Source: Phoronis australis (taxonomy: Eukaryota; Animalia; Phoronida). Taken from it: a stretch of DNA of 64,000 nucleotides. Positions 26,901 through 35,803 of this stretch are shown one piece after another. The stretch is from assembly GCA_002633005.1 (NCBI GenBank), contig NMRA01000223.1:280237-344236 (forward strand). Direction: 5' to 3'. Made by a program: the position numbers and the translations under genes. The notes beneath the pieces were generated by a model. It did no database searches. It worked only from the letters and a program-made list of their open reading frames with translations, and had not been told where the DNA came from. Numbering within the stretch: position 1 is the first letter of the stretch; each line of letters begins with the position of its first letter.

Positions 26901-29326
26901 AATAGACAGAGAGCAGAAAGCAAATCAACATTGAGGCCTTCATGTAATGAGGGTGCCACTCACTATCTTTATGAAGGTATTTATACAGGTAAGACTCTAG
27001 CTTCAATAGCACCCCTAGAGAATACAGAGTTCCCCATCTTGCAGGAAATGAAGGGTTGGTTATTACAAAAAATAAAACCGCTAAAAACCCCCGTCTTCCT
27101 CCCAACAATCCAACATAAGACCACCATTTACAGATAAGAAAAAGGCCGACCCCAACTTGTTTTGTATTCAAACTGGATTTGAGTTCAGGACTTGCAAAGA
27201 ACTGATAGCTCAACATTGCTGAGACCAGGCTCATCAAATCAGCTCATCACAGTGAATCATGTATGGAGGAAGCACGGCCTTAAAGTGTACACAACATGAC
27301 TCTAGTATCTCAAAATAAATTTTATTATCATATCTTACTTGATTTCAGTGCCTTTAGTGCACAGCTCATAAAGAAACACGCAAAAATTGAAAAAAATGAT
27401 AATTATGTACAACGTCATGGGTTGAACCCAAGTCGTTCGCCATAATGTTCGGATCAGAGACAAAGTGTATAGAGTGAAGAGAAAGCAAAGTACATTTAGC
27501 GTCGAGAAGGTTCGTAGAGGGATCAAAAGATGTGTTTCCGGAGGCTGCAGCAACAGCAGCCAGGCGGAGAACTTCTCGGTGTTCCGGAGGACACCAAAGT
27601 TGCGCAGAAGTGGCATCGCTTCGTGCGCCGAACGAGAGTGTGGGACGTCATCGTGGACCAAGCGATTCGGTCCGGGGCCACTCTGTGTTCTGCCCACTTT
27701 GAGGACTCGTGTTTCGATTCCAGTCACAGGAGACGTTACGATGAAGGCCAGGTTCAATAAAGGACATTATTTATAATTCAGAAACATCAGCTCTTAATTC
27801 AGGATCGTCTGTGATGACTGGGTTGACTCGCTGAGCCCGAGGCCGCTTCTCTCGCGGGAGGATCTAGTTCGTAAGGCTCAAAGTAGAAAAGTACGCAGCC
27901 GGAAGCACATTAAACTTGTTCTCGCTTTCGTGCAACCCCATTTCCTCATCCTGGCCACCATTGCCGTACGTTTCTTCATAATATTTGTTCAATTCTTGCT
28001 CATAATCGTCGTCGCTTTCAAATTCCCTGCTCTCCGCTATTGTTCAATGCTAGTCACTGATCTCTTGTGTTCAACCCATGACGTCACAAGGCGGCAAATG
28101 TGAAAATTGGCAAAATTGAAAGAAAAATCAAAATTTCGAGCTAATTACACAAAATAAACATGGGTCTAGCTAAATTTTACGTCATACATTTAGTCTGTGG
28201 CCACCGGTAATTCAAAATGTGCAAAAATCCATGGTGTGTACTGTTTAATCAACAATGAAGTGTCAGTCCGATCCAAGACCCGAAGCCACCTCCCATCTGT
28301 GTAATGTGTGTGTGATAAAATGCAGGTATATAGCAATTTAATTTCTACAGGTGTGTCAGTCATACCTTTTCAATACGTTGCAGTCCACGCAGCATGAAGC
28401 CGTAATGGCGTATGGTGCCCTCCATGATGTCTGTGTTCAAGCAGAAACACACATGAAGAGGGACCTTCATCTCCATAGCGACCTTCTGAGCGTACAACAT
28501 TGCCCAGTTATCTAAATAAACAAACAAGTTTTTAAATGCACATGAACCATAAGTATGGTCTTGAAAGTAGCTAACTTTACTTGAATAAAAATCAGCTACA
28601 TATTTTTCTTTCCGTAATCATGGCGCATAATTTTGCTTTTTCACACAATTAGACGTATCCCATACAGTATCTTGAAGTAGGGAGACAATTAAAACTTGCT
28701 CGAGCATTTGACATGATTTTGAGATTGCGTCTATAATATTGTCTTTAATTACTAACTGACATTTATTTAAACAAAACATAGGCATAAAGAGTCAACATTA
28801 CACGAAGACCATGAAAGTTGAGGCAAAGGAGGAACAAGGTCAATCAGGCCCCCAACTGTTTGCAATTCCCATACATGAGCTTTTATTGCCATGTCACTGA
28901 ATTGATACACAGATCAATCCACTCCTTATTCAGACATCTTTAAATTCAAGTTTACACATTAAGTTACATTAATTAGCAAATGAGTGACTCAAACCACTGA
29001 CAATAAATCTGCCAAAATCAATATGTAATCCACTTACCTTGAAGCCTTTGATCTCTGTTCATCCAATATAAAACGCTGCTTCCATTCTTGAATTTCTTCC
29101 CACCACTTATCACCCGCATCCGCTTCATATTGAAAGGATAATCTTCGACTGAACTGCCTGCTGACAGTCTGGCCTGGTTGATCTTCTCCATGAAGTCTGC
29201 AGAAGGGCCTGCTTGGGTGCTGACTGACTGCGAACCCTTAGAAGGGACATCTCCGGTTTTCACTTTCTTCGATGCAGGTTCTTTAACTCCAGTCAACGAC
29301 CTCTTTGAACCAGTGGTTGGCGGCAT
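20796..29326 (-). CDS. phr: Class II CPD (deoxyribodipyrimidine) photolyase, multi-exon, 3' exon(s) not visible
   Basis: Exons 29326-29038, 28511-28366, 26218-26036, 25736-25569, 24958-24760, 22615-22463, 21625-21504 and 20955-20796 splice in frame (473 codons). Diagnostic class II motifs: [113 protein letters not shown]. Confidence 0.95.
21504..21625 (-). CDS. phr: CPD photolyase exon
   Basis: [41 protein letters not shown]. Confidence 0.93.
22463..22615 (-). CDS. phr: CPD photolyase exon
   Basis: [50 protein letters not shown]. Confidence 0.93.
22920..23166. mobile_element. PIF/Harbinger-type MITE
   Basis: TIR ggacctgttccaa..aactgactta / aggcctgttccaa..aactgactta with a 3-bp TSD CTG. Confidence 0.65.
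23217..24260. repeat. Degenerate ~430-bp tandem repeat element (possibly Helentron/HINE-like)
   Basis: tggttgatcgaggggtgga recurs at about 23681 and 24111. Repeated gccactagg(t)ggtgc and catctgaaaacgg subunits. Begins aacaagag. Confidence 0.5.
24760..24958 (-). CDS. phr: CPD photolyase exon
   Basis: [26 protein letters not shown]...[19 protein letters not shown]. Confidence 0.93.
25569..25736 (-). CDS. phr: CPD photolyase exon
   Basis: [56 protein letters not shown]. Confidence 0.93.
26036..26218 (-). CDS. phr: CPD photolyase exon
   Basis: [61 protein letters not shown]. Confidence 0.92.
26960..27240 (+). mobile_element. LINE (CR1/L2-like) reverse transcriptase fragment
   Basis: [17 protein letters not shown] resembles the post-YADD WxxxNxLxLNxxKT motif. 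Degenerate. Confidence 0.3.
27284..28244. mobile_element. Internally deleted Kolobok transposon (961 bp) in a photolyase intron
   Basis: TTAA flanks both ends (27280-27283, 28245-28248). Imperfect TIR agtgtacacaacatg / acagtacacaccatg (12/15). A frameshifted THAP domain lies on + and an acidic FEP..R.DVSE N-terminus of a KolX-like ORF on - (~27790-28020). Confidence 0.8.
27519..27720 (+). pseudogene. THAP zinc-finger domain remnant (transposase N-terminus)
   Basis: [10 protein letters not shown]...[19 protein letters not shown]...[11 protein letters not shown] shows the C2CH THAP signature with conserved P, W and F. It is split across two frames. Confidence 0.8.
28366..28511 (-). CDS. phr: CPD photolyase exon
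   Basis: [49 protein letters not shown]. Confidence 0.92.
29038..29326 (-). CDS. phr: CPD photolyase exon (N-terminal extension with NLS-like KR..KKVK, start of photolyase domain)
   Basis: [24 protein letters not shown]...[13 protein letters not shown]|gtaagt. Confidence 0.9.
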
Positions 29327-30402
29327 ACTGAACAGGTATTTTCCTGAAAAAGTGCAACATAAAACTTAAGCGGCTATAATCCCTCTGTGTCGAAAAACAA
29401 CTGATTTAGACCTTTTGCATACTAGTGTCTCGGTTGTTTCTATTCCAATGAGAAGTGAGTTGCCACCAAACAAATTAAGTAACACGTACTACCTGAGACC
29501 ACAACCATATACTCTGGGAATAAATTGACATGCCATGGCAAGTAGATTTAAAAAACCTGGCCTCAAGCAGTCAGGTAAATAAGTGTCGGACCTTATCAAA
29601 TGAAAATCACTTCTATATGATCGGCTAGAACCGGCACTCTCATGTTGGTTCCTTGCTGTGGCTACATTGGTCAAAAGTTTACTTTATGACAGAAGGTGTA
29701 GTTGTGGATTAAGAGTAAGACCCAACTATGAAGTCAGGATCATATACATTTGAAAGACAGGCTACAAAAGTCCCAGTGCTGTGCGTGAATTTGGAATCCT
29801 GCTTGATCCCAAGATCGGGTAAGCTTGAACTTGGACTACACTAAATCTCAAGATCATGTAATAATAGGCAGTATGAACTTGAAATGAATTATTCATTAAA
29901 AGGTTATCTCCAACCTTATTCACAAAAATTGCCATTTTTACAATATTTCACATGTGTCTAGACAAATACCTTATCTTCACTCTCAGGGAACTTCAAATAC
30001 AAAGTATATACTGCGTGGCGAGAAAAAAAACAGAACCACCTAGGAGCCGCACAACGGAGTGGATATTTGTTTACTACTTATCCGAGTTCAAAGGTTAAAG
30101 AACTTTCAATCAAATCAAATCTTCACAACAGCTTCATATACCCTCAGTCCTTTCATTCACAAAATCGCCATAACATTGAGTCAACAAGGTGTACTTTTGG
30201 TAGAATGGTGCCGGGGAAAACAAAGACAAAACATTACGTAGTTTTTATCCTAAGGCCGGGAGTTGTGAGTCTACATGCATACGACCGTTGGCGTTGAGAA
30301 CGAAAGCTACGGTCGCTACCACAGGCACCCTAATACCTTCATTCCAATCTCATGCAAACTACATGGCTTTAATCACTGATAGGTTTGTTATCCATTTCTT
30401 AC

Positions 30403-30482
30403 TTGGTTTCCTTTCAGTCTCTCAGCACGTGACGTGTACAGGCTATGTGTGTAACCAATGAACTGTGACCCATTTATATAAG
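30403..30482 (-). promoter_or_regulatory. Possible second photolyase promoter or 5' exon
   Basis: On the minus strand, TATATAAA at about 30473-30480, E-box CACGTG at 30426-30431, and donor CAA|GTAAGA at about 30403. Confidence 0.3.
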
Positions 30483-30992
30483 AGTAGGCCAAAAGGTCGT
30501 ACACAATAGTAGGAGTAAGCAGGGAAACAGTACGTTTTAAAGATAATTAAGTTAATTAAGCACTGCAAAATCAGTTGACATTGCGAGTAAATGTTGAAAT
30601 AGCGAACGTATTTATAAGGCTTGTATGGGTTATGTTTACCGAAAACAAGTTTTCACTGATTAATTAACCAAAGACTTAGAGATTTTAACTTGTCACCCAG
30701 TTTAATCGTTTTTTTCTAGCCGGGCTTCAGCAAATCGACTTAATTTGAATTAAGGAACACAGTTCTCGAAAACAGCTTGGTGGATTTCACTGAAACTTTC
30801 CAAATTTAATATTTAGTCATCAATCTCAAAAATGCTGTTAGGATTTTCGATATAAAGGTCTATTTTTGCGTGGATTCCCGTCTTCTCGTCAACATTCCAC
30901 TCAAGTTCAAGCATTCGTGATCTTAAGATTAAGCAGATTCCAAGTTCAAGCACAACAGCCTAACATGACTGATGATTTAGTAAGGGTTAAAC

Positions 30993-31035
30993 TAGGCAAT
31001 GACCATCGCCTCTCAGAGGCGATGGTCATTGCCTA
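30993..31035. mobile_element. 43-bp perfect palindromic mini-element with 9-bp direct flanks
   Basis: taggcaatgaccatcgcctct-c-agaggcgatggtcattgccta, flanked by GGGTTAAAC on both sides (30984-30992, 31036-31044). Confidence 0.75.
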
Positions 31036-31360
31036 GGGTTAAACGTGTTGGGCTACTTGCAGAAAATCTTCTTGCGTAGTCTACTGATTTGCCACCGTCT
31101 ACAGCCCGTACGCTAAATTACCTCGTGCTCACGCCGTCCTAGGAACCAGTAAGACTCCCTTACTGGTTCCTAGCGCCATCCGAAGCCAGGCAAAGGCAAT
31201 TTGTGAACACAAAAAGCCCAACCAAAGACGCTACGGTCTCTGACCCAACAATAAATGAACTTCTAACGTCTAAATTGCACGGCCTGATCCATGATAGGCT
31301 ACAAATAGTCATCCGTGAGCGGGTGCAGAAAATAGACAAAACACTGGGATTCCAACTCAC

Positions 31361-31500
31361 CTTTTCCAATAAAACTTCGGCGAAATATTACCAAAATCTT
31401 GACCGTTCGGCGTTTTCACTGCTGAACAGAACAACAACGCTTACATAAACCACAGCTTCGACGGCTTACATAACAAATCTTACGTAACAACCATGGCGGC
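31361..31500 (-). promoter_or_regulatory. Putative photolyase promoter and non-coding first exon with three D-box elements
   Basis: Strong donor AAG|GTGAGT at 31361/31360 on the photolyase strand. D-box cores TTACATAA at 31441-31448 and 31466-31473, and TTACGTAA at 31480-31487. CpG-enriched, with CCAAT motifs near 31640-31665. Confidence 0.55.
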
Positions 31501-32332
31501 CTCTTGCGGATTTCACTTTACTGGCGCCACAACCGGGGTGTGACTGAAACACCGACGTTCTGGCCTTCGATTAGTAAAGGAATCATGGCTCACTTCTTTC
31601 GCTGATGACTCCAAAGGCTCGCATTTTTTTAACAGAAACCCAATCAGTCGTTACCTGATTATTGGATAAATTTTCGCCGTAGTGCCTGGCACCTTCATTG
31701 ACCATCACAGCTATCATAATAGCATTGTGTATCGGGCCCGGGGCGGCGGCGCGCGGACTAGTAGCAGCCTACTTCATCACACTCGTGCGCGGCTCGAAGA
31801 CTGGAGCCGTGCATTTAAAGTTTTGTAAGCCTGGCGTAGGCCTACGTCTAGACGGCTACAAAGAAGTCGAGGGTCATAGCAGGGCCTGTAGTCCGAAAAA
31901 TCGTTCTATTAGCACTTCGCACAAAAAAGCATGCAGTTCATCTTTCTGTTATTTGATTCCGGGCCACAGCCGCGGGGTCACTGAGTTCCGAGGCTGAGGG
32001 CGCACTTCCGAAATAACTTAGTTATTAGTTATTTCTCCGACATCATGTTTTACTGAGACCGCTTCGTTTATGGCTGTTTATCTCAATAATTGTGTGTTTT
32101 TAAAGTATACTAAATATTCTTTTGGCATGCTCAGTTGTTTATCGTGGTTAGGCGATAACGATTTACGCAAATGTCTGACTCTGTTTCTGTGCAAAAAGTA
32201 GCTGGCTGACTTCGGGCTGTCGCGTCACAAAAAAAATTTACTAATATCCATGGTCACAAGAGCGTGGCCGTAGCACGGCCTACCGAGAGGGCAACTTCAG
32301 TTTTTTAGACAACACCAATTAGTAATTAGGCT

Positions 32333-33832
32333 CAGTGGCGGATCTACGGGGGGGTTCAGGGGGTTTAACCCCCCCTCGGGCTAGGACCCAAAAATTAAAA
32401 AAAAAATAAAAACGTCTCCAACAAAACAAAAACGGCACCGCCAGTGTGTGTATACCCCAAGTAAACCAACTTGGAAAAAAATGAAGGAGGGGGTTGACTC
32501 TGAAAATATATTTTTTTGCATTGTGAATTGCTGTTATGAAAAAACAACGCGTTTCGAATCTTCGTTGGTCATCGGCAAAACCCCGGAGATCAATTGTGCG
32601 CGCGCTTCCGACGACACTTCTGAAGAAGCCAAGTATTTTAGATGGATCCACCGCTGAAAGAGCAGCTCTATAGCTGATTTCTTTAGGGAACTAGTTTCTT
32701 TACTCTTTGTTTTGATTTGATTAGGGGAAATACTGTGGTGCCGCAACCCTGATCAATAAGGCGAATACCCCACACGTTTGTAACTTGAATTTGACTGGTG
32801 TATAGTAAATTTGTCTAGCGCAATAGCATACAGTGTACAAGTACATGTAATACTTTTGAAAAAACTTGTTTTCCGAAGAATTGCTATACATTGTGGTGGG
32901 CGACGTGGTCTGGTCGCGAGTCTGCTTAAAGATGCACTTTAACAAGTTATGTCTATACAAGGAATGACCAAGGGGGCACTCACATTGACAAAGTGACCGC
33001 ATTCGCGAACAGTGTACAGTACCAGAAATTGCAGGGGGCTGTATTTTCACAACAAAGTCTTGCCTCCTAAGGAGCCCTAGTGGCGACTTCAACACCTACA
33101 GTCTTCCTACCTGCAATAAGCACCACTGCCGTTTTCTATACTGGGAATTTCCGCAGAAAGGCCCACCCGACGAAACGCCCATGCCCATGGGCATTTATTT
33201 GATGTTAATACTTCGGGTTTCAAGCGTTCAGACATTGGGACGTTTATTTCGAAAATTGCAAGAGATGCAAATGGGTCCTGGGATACATCGTCAAGGTTTA
33301 AAGTAGTCCATGATGAATGGATCAAATTTTGTTGCGCATGCTGTAAGTCTCTTGAGTGGACTTGGTAACTTCAGGGGGCTTAGTGCCAACTGAGCTGCTA
33401 AACGAGATGCTGACATTGTAGAGGCGTACAAGCTCATTGACACAGCAGTTGGCGAATTGCAAGCGTTGGGAACAAACGTCGAAGATGTCTGGGTAGAATG
33501 GTTCCAACAAAAATTTTTGCTGGTGGTGTGACTCATACCCAGATGTGCACAAATATGGTTTCACGAAACTTATGAGCCAAGTTCATGTGACAAAATCGAG
33601 AAGGGTTTTTAATTATCTTAAGAAAAACTCCAGGGACATGTTAAGTGCGGCCAGAAACGTACCAGGATGCATGGAAATTCCACTGTTTGGCTACAAAAAC
33701 AAAAAGTTGTCTTACACGGTAGGGGAATTTACCCTCTCCCGACCTCCCCCTCCGCTCGGCGCCACGCGCCTCGGATTCGACCTTTGCGGGAATCCTAAAC
33801 CCCCCCTTACTGAAAACGTAGATCCGCCACTG
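32333..33832 (+). mobile_element. Internally deleted hAT transposon (PRKRIR/THAP12-like transposase fragment)
   Basis: Perfect 16-bp TIR CAGTGGCGGATCTACG and flanking direct repeat AGGCT. The + strand at ~33255-33510 reads ..GSWDTSS../..LSGLGNFRGLSAN*..RDADIVEAYKLIDTAVGELQALGTNVEDVWVEWF, resembling P52rIPK-type hAT transposases. Confidence 0.78.
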
Positions 33833-35572
33833 AGGCTAATTTATTGAATATTTTCATTAAAAATCATGATGGTTGTCCGTGCTAATATCATTTAATGAGA
33901 AAGTGAAGTTTTCGGCGCCTGAATTACTTATTTAAACGGCTTAGTTGAGAAGGGTTCGCCCGACATATCGCAACAGAGCCTGGCGAAGTAAAGCTCGGCG
34001 AAAGCGCCGCGTTTTACAAAGCGAAGTGTCTGGTAGCGTACACGATTTCAGTGAGACTTATCAGCATACGATCTCCATAAGTAACTAGCCCCATTGTGTG
34101 ATCTGTTTACACTGTCAATTGAATGGTCATAAAACTTTATTACTTCGGCCCAATTGTTTTCAGTTGTAAAAACACAACTTCTTAGCTTTTAGTCGGAGGT
34201 CAGATTTGATATTTTATTCGAATTCAGTCGTGACGAAAAATACTGCAAAACCATCCATATCTTACACTTTTGAATTCGTTGTTTGGTGAGACGTTTTTCA
34301 AAGTACTTCAGCTCTGGCCCTAAGTGAGTATTTTTATCTACGCTTCTTGATTCGTTTAGTTCATTCTGCTCGAAAAATTTTAAAATAAGCAAAATGAGTG
34401 TTTAAAAAGACATTTGAAAAGATTCTTGTCGATTAGTATCACATAATATATCACGCTTCGTTACGTTGCCATAATTTTTGAAACTATTCCAACCGCGCAT
34501 TAAAATAATTACGGTAGTGACTCGACTAAAGTTTGTTTTCGTCGTGCAAGTCGGACATTTCCTAACGTGATGATTTTCGAATAGACGGCCGTTTTGGCGG
34601 TGTTTAGTGTAGTGAGAAACTGAAGGCAGTGGCCGAGTTGCCGACATGGGCGGCCGTAGGGATCGACGAGGTCGTCACACCTGATCGCAACGCTGTCCGC
34701 TTCCCAGGCCGGTCCGGTGGCGAGTACAGTTTCGTTGAACGAAATCCGCGCACGTGTGCTTCCACAGTTAGAGCAAGAAAGGCGTAAGCCGTTTTTATTA
34801 CATTTTTTACTAATTTAGTATGTTTATTGTTCATTTTGGTACGATGGTGTCTAAACCAGTCAGTTTAACATTTGTTGTTAGCCGGTTAGGTATAGGGTTG
34901 TTTGCCGTTTGGACCCGTGAGCTAAGTACACCGGGGCTAACAGTATGACTGCACCAAGTTTTAGAAAAGCGTCACTGTAACATCAGCGGGGTAATTCTGC
35001 ACGTTTAGGCGTATAAATTATTTCAGTTTAACAGTAGTCTCTAAATTACAATAACTTAATATTATTAATTTAGTATTCCAAAATCTTGGAATTTTTCATT
35101 TCGTAAACAGAAACCAACTACTGTACAGCCACTAATGGAAGCCATATTCTTCAATGGTCTTTGGTACTTATTTCCACTATCAAAACCTAACAGAAAATTT
35201 TGTAGTGTGAAAATTAATTCACTGGATTCCATTTAATATCTATTTGATTACAAATTTTCTTTGTAGAACAGTAATTTGTTGATTTAAAGCAAACATTTTG
35301 AGACTGTATAAATTCAAAATAAATATTTATTCAGTACAATGACATAGAACAAAATATAAAAACATTTTCATAACTTCCCATTACCTTAAACATTTGCTTG
35401 GCATGAAGGAAATCAAAAGAACAAAATATAACAAATATTTTCAGCACATCCCGGTACCTTAACACTTGGTTGGCATGTAGGAAATCAATTCAATACAGTG
35501 GATCCTCACACAACAAGTGCTTTGCCATTAGTTGAACAAAAATAATATAAACAGCCATGTAATAAATGGCGT

Positions 35573-35803
35573 TTATTCTTTACTGTAATTTTCATCAGCT
35601 GGATAATATCGAGACTTATTTCCGCCAGACAAGGCCAGTTCTTGTTCCTTGGTTAGACCTTTACCCTTTGACCCAGCTGATCCGCCGTATGATTGGCTCT
35701 TTAGACCCCTTTGACCTGCAGACCCTTTTACACCACCCCGACCTCCTGACCCTTTAAGACCAGTAAGCTTTTCAGCGCTTGCACTTCTGCCTTTTAGAGG
35801 CAC
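35573..35803 (-). CDS. ANKMY1: ANKMY1 terminal coding exon (Gly/Lys/Ser-rich tail)
   Basis: caatag|VPLKGRSASAEK...YYPADENYSKE*. AATAAA-like signals lie at and after the stop. Confidence 0.75.
   Translation of the reverse strand: MPLKGRSASAEKLTGLKGSGGRGGVKGSAGQRGLKSQSYGGSAGSKGKGLTKEQELALSGGNKSRYYPADENYSKE

Noticed and set aside
27519-27760. Host THAP transcription-factor gene nested in the photolyase intron
   Set aside because: It is frameshifted and lies within TIRs and TTAA TSDs.
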